Notes: a model not told the origin generated them from the sequence alone. A DNA stretch of 64,000 nt from Macrostomum hystrix (GCA_950097015.1 CATNEN010000033.1:744001-808000), one strand, 5' to 3'. Positions 49,075 to 61,393 are shown, numbered from the stretch's first letter. Numbers and translations are program-made.

Positions 49075-50550
49075 GTAGGACAAGTTGGACAGGTAGGACA
49101 AGATGGACAGGTAGGACAAGTTGGACAGGTAGGACAAGATGGACAGATAGACAAGATAGACAGGTAGGACAAGATAGACAGGTAGGACAAGATAGACAGG
49201 TAGGACAAGATAGACAGGTAGTACAAGATGGACAGGTAGGACAAGATAGACAGGTAGGACAAGATGGACAGGTAGGACAAGATGGACAGATAGGACAAGA
49301 TGGACAGGTAGTACAAGATGGACAGGTAGGACAAGTTGGACAGGTAGGACAAGATGGACAGGTAGTACAAGATGGACAGGTAGGACAAGATGGACAGATA
49401 GACAAGATGGACAGATAGGACAAGATGGACAGATAGACAAGATGGACAGATAGGACAAGATGGACAGGTAGGACAAGATGGACAGATAGACAAGATGGAC
49501 AGGTAGGACAAGATGGACAGGTAGGACAAGATGGACAGATAGGACAAGATGGACAGGTAGGACAAGATGGACAGATAGACAAGATGGACAGATAGGACAA
49601 GATGGACAGATAGGACAAGATAGACAGGTAGGACAAGATGGACAGGTAGGACAAGATAGACAGGTAGGACAAGATAGACAGGTAGGACAAGATGGACAGA
49701 TAGACAAGATGGACAGATAGACAAGATGGACAGATAGGACAAGATGGACAGGTAGGACAAGATGGACAGATAGACAAGATGGACAGGTAGGACAAGATGG
49801 ACAGGTAGGACAAGATGGACAGATAGGACAAGATGGACAGGTAGGACAAGATGGACAGATAGGACAAGATGGACAGGTAGGACAAGATGGACAGATAGAC
49901 AAGATGGACAGATAGGACAAGATGGACAGATAGGACAAGATAGACAGGTAGGACAAGATGGACAGATAGACAAGATGGACAGGTAGGACAAGATGGACAG
50001 ATAGACAAGATGGACAGATAGACAAGATGGACAGATAGGACAAGATAGACAGGTAGGACAAGATGGACAGGTAGGACAAGATGGACAGATAGGACACGAT
50101 AGACAGGTAGGACAAGATGGACAGGTAGTACAAGATGGACAGGTAGGACAAGATGGACAGGTAGTACAAGATGGACAGGTAGGACAAGATGGACAGGTAG
50201 GACAAGATGGACAGGTAGGACAGGTAGTACAAGATGGACAGGTAGTACAAGATGGACAGATAGGACAAGATAGACAGGTAGGACAAGATGGACAGGTAGG
50301 ACAAGATGGACAGATAGACAAGATGGACAGGTAGGACAAGATCGACAGGTAGGACAGGTAGTACAAGATGGACAGGTAGGACAGGTAAGACAAGATGGAC
50401 AGATAGACAAGATGGACAGATAGGACAAGATAGACAGGTAGGACAAGATGGACAGGTAGGACAAGATGGACAGGTAGGACAAGATGGACAGATAGACAAG
50501 ATGGACAGGTAGGACAAGATCGACAGGTAGGACAAGTTGGACAGGTTGAC
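49075..50550. repeat. Tandem array, 18-bp unit GTAGGACAAGATGGACAG with 17-bp and half-unit variants, ~80 copies
   Basis: Accounts for the three ~540-aa minus-strand ORFs at 48968-50706. Confidence 0.97.
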
Positions 50551-50849
50551 AAGTAATATAGGTATAGGCATAGGTAATACGGACAGGTACAAAAAGAAAC
50601 AGGTAGGCCAAGATGGACAGGTACAACAAGAAACAGGTAGGACAAGATGGGCAGGCTCGATGTGATTACTGTTCTTAGAGAACTGCACGTAGGGTGGAAA
50701 GAACAAGACAGTGAATTAAGCTTAGGATCAACTAAAAATTAATTAAAATTAAACTAGAAGAATGCTAGCATTTCTGGCATGAGTAGTTTATAAAGACATT
50801 TGCCATTGATCACGCAAAAACTTCAGCGAAGAGCACACAGTGCTAGCCT

Positions 50850-52972
50850 ATGATGGAGCAATCGCCCGTGGAAACGGCCCCGGCAGCGGACGTCGACAGC
50901 GATGAACCGCCAGCTGAGTACAGCAGCAAGTCGCGCAAGGCGCTGCGCCGTCTCACTCCGGCCCTTGCCGAGCTGGCCAAGACGGCGCCGAAACGTAGCG
51001 CGCCGCGCGATCCGCGCCACGACCCGCTGGTGAACGGCCGCTGCGTGCCGGCCGCCTGGGACTTCCTGCGCGAGGAGCGCCGCCGAGAGGCCGACAGGCT
51101 GGAGAAGCGGCTGAAGCGCCGGCAGCTGCCGGAGGCCGAGCGCGAGCGAGCCAAGAGCCTTCTGCTGCGACTGCGCCAGCTCGAGCGCCGAGAGCAGCTG
51201 CGGGATACTCGGCGCCAGGTTGGTACTCAGTGGGTCTGCAGGTGTCTTTCCACCCACCCACCCACCACCACCACCAATCTCCCATGCAGTGCTCAGACAG
51301 GTATCTCCCATCAATCAATGCAGTGCTCAGACAGGTATCTCCCATCAATCAATGCAGTGCTCAGACAGGTATCTCTCATCAATCAATGCAGTGCTCAGAC
51401 AGGTATCTCCTATCAATCAATGCAGTGCTCAGACAGGTATCTCCCATCAATCAATGCAGTGCTCAGACAGGTATCTCCCATCAATCAATGCAGTGCTCAG
51501 ACAGGTATCTCCCATCAATCAATGCAGTGCTCAGACAGGTATCTCCCATCAATCAATGCAGTGCTCAGACAGGTATCTCCCATCAATCAATGCAGTGCTC
51601 AGACAGGTGTCTCCCATCAATCAATGCAGTGCTCAGACAGGTATCTCCCATCAATCAATGCAGTGCTCAGACAGGTATCTCCCATCAATCAATGCAGTGC
51701 TCAGACAGGTATCTCCCATCAATCAATGCAGTGCTCAGACAGGTATCTCCTATCAATCAATGCAGTGCTCAGACAGGTATCTCCCATCAATCAATGCAGT
51801 GCTCAGACAGGTATCTCCCATCAATCAATGCAGTGCTCAGACAGGTGTCTCCCATCAATCAATGCAGTGCTCAGACAGGTATCTCCCATCAATCAATGCA
51901 GTGCTCAGACAGGTATCTCCCATCAATCAATGCAGTGCTCAGACAGGTGTCTCCCATCAATCAATGCAGTGCTCAGACAGGTATCTCCCATCAATCAATG
52001 CAGTGCTCAGACAGGTATCTCCCATCAATCAATGCAGTGCTCAGACAGGTGTCTCCCATCAATCAATGCAGTGCTCAGACAGGTATCTCCCATCAATCAA
52101 TGCAGTGCTCAGACAGGTATCTCCCATCAATCAATGCAGTGCTCAGACAGGTATCTCCCATCAATCAATGCAGTGCTCAGACAGGTATCTCCCATCAATC
52201 AATGCAGTGCTCAGACAGGTATCTCCCATCAATCAATGCAGTGCTCAGACAGGTATCTCCCATCAATCAATGCAGTGCTCAGACAGGTATCTCCCATCAA
52301 TCAATGCAGTGCTCAGACAGGTATCTCCTATCAATCAATGCAGTGCTCAGACAGGTATCTCCCATCAATCAATGCAGTGCTCAGACAGGTATCTCCCATC
52401 AATCAATGCAGTGCTCAGACAGGTATCTCCCATCAATCAATGCAGTGCTCAGACAGGTATCTCCCATCAATCAATGCAGTGCTCAGACAGGTATCTCCCA
52501 TCAATCAATGCAGTGCTCAGACAAGTATCTCCTATCAATCAATGCAGTGCTCAGACAGGTATCTTTCATCAATCAATGCAGTGCTCAGACAGGTATCTCC
52601 CATCAATCAATGCAGTGCTCAGACAGGTATCTCCCATCAATCAATGCAGTGCTCAGACAGGTATCTCCCATCAATCAATGCAGTGCTCAGACAGGTATCT
52701 CCCATCAATCAATGCAGTGCTCAGACAGGTATCTCCCATCAATCCATGCATATCTCGAACCGCACCCACAGGTGATGCAGGCGGTCCGTCGCGAGCAGGC
52801 TGAGCAGGCGGAGCGAACCGGGCGGGTGGGCTACTTGTCACGGGCGCAGCTGCGCGCTCGCCTCGAGGAGGCAAAACTGGCCGGCCTGTCTGACAAGGCC
52901 CGTCAGAAATTTGAGAAGCGGAAGGCGTCTCGAGAGAAGAAAAAGCGATTGCCGGAGCAGCGGCGAGTTTGA
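50850..52972 (+). CDS. RRP36: rRNA biogenesis protein RRP36 (DUF947), 2 exons, ~189 aa
   Basis: Exon 1 50850-51218 (CAG|GTTGGT), exon 2 52772-52972 (CACAG|GTG), phase 0. P.EYSSK, RDPRHDPL.G, WDFL.E.R.RE, basic coiled tail; AATAAA at 53061. Confidence 0.75.
51278..52750. repeat. Intronic tandem array, 34-bp unit CAGTGCTCAGACAGGTATCTCCCATCAATCAATG, ~43 copies
   Basis: Fills the RRP36 intron; accounts for the 527-641-aa ORFs. Confidence 0.98.
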
Positions 52973-53060
52973 GAATGAGAAGACAGTTTAATCTGAGCAT
53001 TTCCCACCCACTCTATGTCTGACTGTTCCCTACTAAATGAGTGTAAATTTACCATTTTAA

Positions 53061-53066
53061 AATAAA
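53061..53066 (+). terminator. Putative polyadenylation signal of RRP36
   Basis: AATAAA 89 nt after TGA, followed by a T-rich tract. Confidence 0.5.
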
Positions 53067-53363
53067 GCTTTTCAAATTTGATTAGACTTGAGCAGTAGGT
53101 TTTCTTTTTGGACTTTTTTTTCGAATTTATTGTGTGTTATCTTATCAGATACATTCGTCATAAATGTTTATGCTACTCATAGCATCGAGCCCCCTTATTT
53201 TTTTCCTATCTGCTTCCAGTCACTCGTTTGCCAAGTTTGTCAGGCCTGAAAACTGAAAATCTAAAAAGTCATTGTCTGCCTGCAGTCTGGTCCGATTTTT
53301 CTAACAAATAATGTGAAACAGGTACCCGGCTGGTTGTTAAACTCACTGTCAGAAACTATCAGC

Positions 53364-56300
53364 ATGGAGTGGAAAATATTCAGAAAGAAAACACCCGATG
53401 CTGGCAAGGCTGTTAAAGAGCCGAAAAAACAGCAGCAGCAGCAGCAGCAGCCAGAGACAGAGGCGGACTCGAACCAGCTGAACAATAACAACAGCGGAAT
53501 CCTGTCCGATGCCGGCATTTTCGCCTACTGCTCACTGACTGCCACCGCCCTGGCTCAGCTCTACCCGGAGGAATGGCACAGGTGAGCCTAGCAACTTCAC
53601 CCTAGCATTACAGGTCGCCTCGGTTACTCATACTGCCATTTGTCTCGCTCCCCTACCTTATCTCCCCTCCCCTACCTTTATCTCCCTCCAATCCTTTCTC
53701 TCACTCTCCTTTCTCTCCCTCCCCTCTCCTTTCTCTCCCTCTCTTCTTTCTCTCCCTTCCCTCTCCTTTCTCTCCCTCCCCTCTCATTTCTCTCCCTCCC
53801 CTCTCCTTTCTCTTCCTCTCTTCTTTCTCTCCTTCCCCTCTCCTTTCTCTCCTTCCCCTCTCCTTTCTCTCCCTCCCCTCTCCTTTCTCTCCCTCTCTTC
53901 TTTCTCTCCTTCTTCTCTCCTTTCTCTCCCTCCCCTCTTCTTTCTGTCCCCCTCTCCTTTCTCTCCCTCCCCTCTTCTTTCTGTCCCCCCTCTCCTTTTT
54001 CTCCCTCCCCTCTCCTTTCTCTCCCTCCCCTCTTTTTTTCTGTCCCTCCCCTCCTCCTTCTGTCCCCCTCTTCTTTCTGTCCCTCCCCTCTTCCTTCTGT
54101 CTCCCTCTCCTTTCTCTCCCTCCCCTCTCCTTTCTGTCCCTCCCCTCTCCTTTCTCTCCCTCCCCTCTCCTTTCTCTCCCTCCCCTCTCCTTTCTCTCCC
54201 TCCCCTCTTCTTTCTGTCCCTCCCCTCTTCTTTCTGTCCCTCCCCTCTCCTTTCTCTTCCTCCCCTCTCCTTTCTCTCCCTCCCTCTGTCCCTCCCCTCT
54301 TCTTTCTGTCCCTCCTCTCTTCTTTCTGTCCCCATCTCCTTTCTCTCTCACCCGATTCTCTTCTCTCATACTTTTTTTTCTTTCTTTCATTCTTCCACCT
54401 GCTTATGTTTCCCTTCTCCCATTCGACTAGGGAATTCCGCGAGAAATTCCTGGCCGACGTTCTTCACAAGCGACCGGAGTCGATTCGCAGCTCGGCTACG
54501 GCTATCCTACGTCACGGCGACAGCGACTATTCGATGATGCCCTTCGCCGAGGCCCTTCTGATCGAAGAGTCCGTGCGGGCCTGTCCCGAGATGGTGCTGC
54601 AGGACCTGCTGCTAGTGGCCCTCCATGATGGCTGCTACGATGCCAGATCTCGCTACCTGTTAAAGCACGTGGCCTTCGCACTGCGTATCAGCTGGGCCTC
54701 GTTGGAGGAGTGGGAGCTGAAGACAGTCTCCCTGCTGCACGATCCGGCCAGTGAGGCCGATGTGCTGGACGAGGCTATGAAGAGAAATCGGTGAGGCTGT
54801 GTTGATGGTCACTGCAGTTGTAGACATCCCACAGCTCGTGACCATAGACTCATCAACGGGTTATGACCATAGACTCATCAACGGGTTATGACCATAGACA
54901 CCTCTACCGGTTATGACAATAGACACCTCTACGGGTTATGACCATAGACACCCTCCCGCACCCGGCAGGCGCCGCAAGGTGAACCGAGCTCTGCTAATCG
55001 GCGCCAGCGCCATCGGCGGCGGCCTCCTAATCGGCCTGACTGGCGGCCTCGCCGCACCGCTGGTCGCCGCCGGCGCGGGCGTCCTAATCGGCGGTGCCGG
55101 AGCCGCCGCAATCGGCACCGTGGCCGGCGCCGCAGTCCTCGGCTCGGTGTTCGGTGTGGCAGGGCGCCGGCCTGACGGGCTGGAAGATGCGCAAGCGTAT
55201 CGGCAGCTTGACCCAGTTCCAGTTCATTCAGCTGACGCCGCCGCCGACCCCGCAGCTGCACCTGTGCATAGCCGTGTCGGGCTGGATAGAGCAGGGCGAC
55301 CTGGACTTCCTGCTGCCGTGGCAGTCGCTGGCCATGAGTCCCGAGCAGTATGCGCTGTGCTGGGAGTCGCGCTATCTCAAAGAGATGGGCCAGGCGCTGG
55401 ACTATTTTATGTCCTACTTGAAGTCGTTCGCCATTCAGGTCTCTATTCTCAGCTATTCTATTATCTATTATGAGCTCTCGCGTGACAGCCGCGCCTACTC
55501 GCACACTCGCAGGAGACCCTGAAGCTGACGGTGCTTTCCGGCCTGCTGGCCGCTATCACCTGGCCAGCCGCCGTCCTATCGGCCTCCAATGTCATCGACA
55601 ATCCCTGGTCCGTGTGCGGCAACAGAGCTGTGGAAGGCGGCAAGGTCCTTGCCGATCTGCTGCTGAACAGGGAGTACGGACAGAGGCCCGTGACCCTCGT
55701 TGGCTTCAGTATGGGAGCCAAGCTCATCTTCAGCTGCCTGCAGGAGTTGGCCAGCAGGAAGAAAGGTCAGTGGCCTGTTCTGCCTGGCGTTTTATTGGTT
55801 TCAGGATTTGTCATTGGTTAACTGGGATTCTTGTCTTCATTGCTCTCATGTAATCAGATTTGATAAGTTGACTTACTTGACTTAGCGGCAGGGGGCCTCC
55901 ATGACGGACGCAGCGAGGAGGCGGCTGTTGCCGCCCATATCGCTAACCCCTGGCAGCCAGACGGCCTCCAGCGAGGCGGTGCCGCTCAGGGTGGTCCGTC
56001 GGTCGGTTCCGCCGCGCGATCTTCCTCGCCATAGGCTGGGAAGAAATCAGCTCGGCCGGTATCCCGGAGGAAGTGGGCGAGCTGAGGGATGTTCTCGGGC
56101 GAGCAGGCTTCGGCAAGAGTCGGTGCCGGCCCGAGGTGTTTTAGCCTAGCCCGGGTGAAGGCCGGGCAGTGGCAAATGAAATGCTCGGCGTTTTCACGGC
56201 CGGAGCAGCAGAAAGGACACGTTTCCTCAGGCACGTGGCCTTGGAGGTAGCGGTGTCTGGTGAAGCAGCCATGTCCCGAAAGGGCCATGGTGACTGCTCT

Positions 56301-59300
56301 CAGGTCTCTGCGGTTTAGCCTGAGTAAGGCCTTACGCAGGTTACTAGAGGGGGTTGGCACCGCAGCCCTGGACTGGCGACAGTTCAGGGTGCTGGACCAC
56401 CTCCTCCGGTGCTGGGTCTCCATCCAGTGGTTGATGCTGGAGTTGACAACGGAGGCGGGGATCGGGGATTCCGGGCCCGGGCCCATCAGGGAGCTGGCTG
56501 CTCCAGCCTTTGCAAGCTCGTCCGCCATCTCATTCCCTGTGAGCCCGGCGTGCCCAGGGATCCACATCAGCTCCACCTTGTTAGACTGCGCCAAACCGTT
56601 TAACTGGGTGTTGCAGTCCAAGGTGGTTCTGGAGCGAGAGGTGCAGCGACTGAGGGCCTTGAGGGCTGCTTGACTGTCGGAGTGAAAAAAAGATCCTCCG
56701 ACCAGCCAGCTGCCTCTGGCGCAGCTCAGCCGCACAGAAACTGATGGCGAGCATTTCGTTTTGGAAAACGCTTGAGCTCTTGCCACAGTGTTGGGAGTGG
56801 GTCCAGAGGACCTCGCCACCCGAGGCGACGCACACCCCGAATCCCGATTTACCGTTCATCAGGGAGCCGTCAGTGTAACAGTGGACTGCGGGGTCATCCC
56901 AGCAGTCCTTTACCTCATTACGAGGGAAGATGCTGACTTTGTACCTGTGGCTCCGGAGTAAAGTGGCCGGGGCCCCGTCCGAAAGGATGGTGAGCCCTCC
57001 GCACTCGCCCAGAGTTTTCAGGCAGAGGTCAGAGTGGGGCAGAAGGGAGCGCTTCGAGAAGGCTCGCGAATTCTGGAAGGATACACCCGCATCAAGGAGA
57101 CGACGGGTGGACTTTGCCGCTTCCCCCTTAACAAAAATGTCAATGGGTGTAGCGTTGAGGAAAGCGTTCATGCCTTCAAAGGGAGTGGAGGGTGGGGCGC
57201 CCAGCGTCATGCGACAGGCTCTGCCCTGCACCCTATAAAGCGCCTCCAGGTTTTTCTGGATGCTCATGGCACTGGCCCAGATGAGGCCAGCGTAAGCGAC
57301 TGACGGTCTAATGATCGCCGTGTAAATCCACCAAAGGTTTTTGGGGGTTAGCCCCCAAGTGGTGCCCACGGCTCGCCTGACTTGCGCCAGAATGGCCAGG
57401 GCCCTCTTGGCCTTTGTGGTAATGTGCGGGGTCCAGTTAAGCCTATGGTCTAGCAGGATACCAAGGCACCGGACCTGCTTTTCCATGGCAATATTCTTGC
57501 CATAGAGAGTCAGAGGCTCAATGGTCCAGCGCAGCCTGCTGGTAAACATAACCGCAACGGTCTTGGACTCAGAGAGTCGGAGCCCGCATTGGTCCGCCCA
57601 GCGCACCGCCCTGTTGATAAAGCCCTGAATGAGGTCCCTGGTGGTTTCCGCCGAGGGGCCCGCGCATATGGCGGTCACATCGTCGGCATATCCCACCTTC
57701 AGGACTGGGTCAGGCCGAGTGCTTTTTAGCAGCTCATCCATGACGAGATTCCACAGCAGTGGGGTGAGGACGCCACCTTGGGGCCCTCCTTTTAGGACAG
57801 GTGCCGAGAGCACCCTGCCTTCGAGGTGGGCCACCACGTGGCGATTCCGGATCATGTACATGACCCAACGGACGAGGTGGGGGTGAGTGGCCCTGGAAAC
57901 CAGGGCCTTCTCAAAGGTTTCGAAAATAACGTTATCGAAGGCCCCCAATTTTTGATTTGATAAGTTATCTTTAACTACCGGTTCTATATGATAACAGACG
58001 ATGGTTGTCTATTATCACCGGTTGTCTATTATCACCGGTTGTCTATTATCACCGGTTGTCTATTATCACCGGTTGTCTTTCATCACCGGTTGTCTTTCAT
58101 CACCGGTTGTCTATTATCACCGGTTGTCTTTCATCACCGGTTGTCTTTCATCACCGGTTGTCTATTATCACCGGTTGTCTATTATCACCAGCTGTCTATT
58201 ATCACCGGTTGTCTATTATCACCGGTTGTCTTTCATCACCGGTTGTCTATTATCACCGGTTGTCTATTATCACCGGTTGTCTTTCATCACCGGTTGTCTA
58301 TTATCACCGGTTGTCTATTATCACCGGTTGTCTATTATCACCGGTTGTCTATTATCACCGGTTGTCTATTATCACCGGTTGTCTATTATCACCGGTTGTC
58401 TATTATCACCGGTTGTCTATTATCACCGGTTGTCTATTATCACCAATTGTCTATTATCACCGGTTGTCTATTATCACCGATTGTCTATTATCACCGGTTG
58501 TCTATTATCACCAATTGTCTATTATCACCGGTTGTCTATTATCACCGATTGTCTATTATCACCAATTGTCTATTATCACCGGTTGTCTATTATCACCAAT
58601 TGTCTATTATCACCGGTTGTCTATCATCACCAATTGTCTATTATCACCAATTGTCTATTATCACCGGTTGTCTATTATCACCGGTTGTCTATTATCACCA
58701 ATTGTCTATTATCACCGGTTGTCTATTATCACCGATTGTCTATTATCACCAATTGTCTATTATCACCGGTTGTCTATTATCACCAATTGTCTATTATCAC
58801 CAATTGTCTATTATCACCGGTTGTCTATTATCACCGATTGTCTATTATCACCAATTGTCTATTATCACCGATTGTCTATTATCACCAATTGTCTATTATC
58901 ACCGGTTGTCTATCATCACCAATTGTCTATTATCACCAATTGTCTATTATCACCGGTTGTCTATTATCACCAATTGTCTATTATCACCGGTTGTCTATTA
59001 TCACCAATTGTCTATTATCACCGGTTGTCTATTATCACCAATTGTCTATTATCACCGGTTGTCTATCATCACCAATTGTCTATTATCACCAATTGTCTAT
59101 TATCACCGGTTGTCTATCATCACCAATTGTCTATTATCACCAATTGTCTATTATCACCGGTTGTCTATCATCACCAATTGTCTATTATCACCAATTGTCT
59201 ATTATCACCGGTTGTCTATTATCACCAATTGTCTATTATCACCGGCTGTCTAGGGTCACCGGTCGTCTATCTGATTGCTTGGCTGTTAGTTCTAGCATTA

Positions 59301-61393
59301 AAGTTGCAGTTAAAGATATGGCGAGGGCAAACCCACTGTGTTAATTTGACTTACTTACTTCCTTGTTTACTGTAGATCAACAGGAACAGAGTAAGTACCA
59401 TTCTACTTTTGTTGCTATTGTTGTTGTGTGTCAATCAAATTCTAATATTTTGCTTTATTATCTTAGTCATTTTTCTGTTTGTCTGTTTCTGTTGCTTTTC
59501 ATAAGTAGTTAAGCAGTAGTATTATTGTAACTATTTCGTTATTCCTAAGTTGCTACTTAATGTTTCTTTCAAAGTTTCGGCGCAACATTTTCCTACTTTT
59601 GCATACTGTATTTTTACCATGTACAAGCTATTTTTGCTATTTCTGTGTTGTCTCCCATTCAAGACAGTAATTCTTAGAAATTATGCCGCATTTTTAGTTT
59701 CCTTTTTCGTAAAACGACTTGGGCATCAATTTATGAACGTTGTCAATTGTGCAAGTTAGCTCAAATCCTTTAGATGGGATTCTGAGAACACTAGCTCAAA
59801 TCCTTTAGATGGGATTCTAAGAAAACACTAGCTCAAATCCTTTAGATGAGTTCTGAGAACACTAGCTCAAATCCTTCAGATGGGATTCTGAGAACACTAG
59901 CTCAAATCCTTCAGATGAGATTCTGAGAACACTAGCTCAAATCCTTTAGATGAGTTCTGAGAACACTAGCTCAAATCCTTCAGATGGGATTCTGAGAACA
60001 CTAGCTCAAATACTTCAGATGGGATTCTGAGAACACTAGCTCAAATCCTTCAGATGGGATTCTGAGAACACTAGCTCAAATCCTTTAGATGGGATTCTAA
60101 GAAAACACTAGCTCAAATCCTTTAGATGAGTTCTGAGAACACTAGCTCAAATCCTTCAGATGGGATTCTGAGAACACTAGCTCAAATCCTTTAGATGGGA
60201 TTCTGAGAACACTAGCTCAAATCCTTTAGATGGGATTCTAAGAAAACACTACCTCAAATCCTTTAGATGAGTTCTGAGAACACTAGCTCAAATCCTTCAG
60301 ATGGGATTCTGAGAACACTAGCTCAAATCCTTCAGATGGGATTCTGAGAACACTAGCTCAAATCCTTCAGATGAGATTCTGAGAACACTAGCTCAAATCC
60401 TTTAGATGGGATTCTGAGAACACTAGCTCAAATCCATCAGATGGGATTCTGAGAACACTAGCTCAAATCCATCAGATGGGATTCTGAGAACACTAGCGCA
60501 AATCCTTTAGATAGGATTCTGAGAACACTAGCTCAAATCCTTTAGATGGGATTCTGAGAACACTAGCTCAAATCCATCAGATGGGATTCTGAGAACACTA
60601 GCTCAAATCCATCAGATGGGATTCTGAGAACACTAGCTCAAATCCATCAGATGGGATTCTGAGAACACTAGCTCAAATCCATCAGATGGGATTCTGAGAA
60701 CACTAGCGCAAATCCTTTAGATAGGATTCTGTTTTATGACTGCTTTCTAATAATCCTGCAACTGCCGAATCACCAGGTGTGGAAGGCATCATCGAGGATG
60801 TGTACCTGCTCGGAGCTCCTGTCTCCGGCTCAGTCAAGGACTGGCGCCCATTTGGCCGGGTGGTGTCCGGCAAGATCGTGAACTGTTACTGCCGCACGGA
60901 CTGGTTCCTGAAGTTCATGTACCGCACAATGTCCGCCAGTTTCAGCCTGGCCGGCCTCGGTCCGGTCCAATGGGCTGACAGGCGGATGTGCAATCTGGAC
61001 CTGACGTCCATCATCGGCGGTCACAAGGACTACTTCAAGCGGATGTCGGAGATTCTGCCAATCATCGGGGTGCCGACCACGGATAAGCCCAAGCCGGTTG
61101 CCGCCTTCAGCCGCCTGCCGACCGTCTCCGCGCCGCAGCTGGCCCCATTATCGCCGGAGATTATCAAACCTACCACAGCGTCGGCCGTTGCTCCTGCGCG
61201 CCGGGGTTCGAATCCCGCCGAGAACACCCGTTTCGACAAAATGCGGGCTCGAGCAGCCAGTCTGTCGCGACTTGACGATTTCCGTCGGGCTTCCGCCACC
61301 GATGCCGCCGCTGTTGCTGGCTTGTGCGCTGCTCCGGCGGAGATCGCGAGTTCGAATCCGGCCACCCGAGTCGGCGTTGTTAAGGATGTTTAA
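53364..61393 (+). CDS. TMCO4: TMCO4 / DUF726 alpha-beta-hydrolase-like membrane protein, 5 exons, ~638 aa (one +1 frameshift)
   Basis: Exons 53364-53581, 54431-54790, 54969-55438, 55513-55765, 60777-61393 with matching phases. [74 protein letters not shown]. Extra G at 55162-55164. Confidence 0.9.
53640..54350. repeat. CT-rich degenerate array, ~20-bp unit CCCTCCCCTCTCCTTTCTCT (TMCO4 intron 1)
   Basis: Polypyrimidine low-complexity array. Confidence 0.9.
54838..54948. repeat. Short array, 25-bp unit GACCATAGACTCATCAACGGGTTAT, ~4 copies (TMCO4 intron 2)
   Basis: Direct reading. Confidence 0.85.
55870..57953 (-). mobile_element. 5'-truncated non-LTR retrotransposon (RT C-terminal half, RNase H, CCHC), I-group (Loa/R1-like), antisense in TMCO4 intron 4
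   Basis: RT motifs [13 protein letters not shown] and YADD; [18 protein letters not shown]; RNase [30 protein letters not shown]; CPFC...[26 protein letters not shown] at 55857-55869 and 57954-57966; short AAGTC/TAAG-type tail; one +1 frameshift in the A7 run at 56685-56691. Confidence 0.95.
58003..59250. repeat. Intronic tandem array, 17-bp unit GTTGTCTATTATCACCG (variant ...CACCAATTG...), ~73 copies
   Basis: Accounts for the three 420-456-aa ORFs. Confidence 0.98.
59758..60730. repeat. Intronic tandem array, 35-bp unit TAGCTCAAATCCTTTAGATGGGATTCTGAGAACAC, ~28 copies
   Basis: Ends ~45 bp before the last TMCO4 acceptor. Confidence 0.97.

Noticed and set aside
59346-59400. GACTTACTTACTT motif resembling the LINE tail, as a second insertion
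   Set aside because: No adjacent LINE 3' UTR homology or TSD; too short to distinguish from chance.
61203-61362. Two GTTCGAATCC B-box-like motifs suggesting tRNA genes
   Set aside because: They lie in the TMCO4 last coding exon (SNPA peptides); no A box or cloverleaf.
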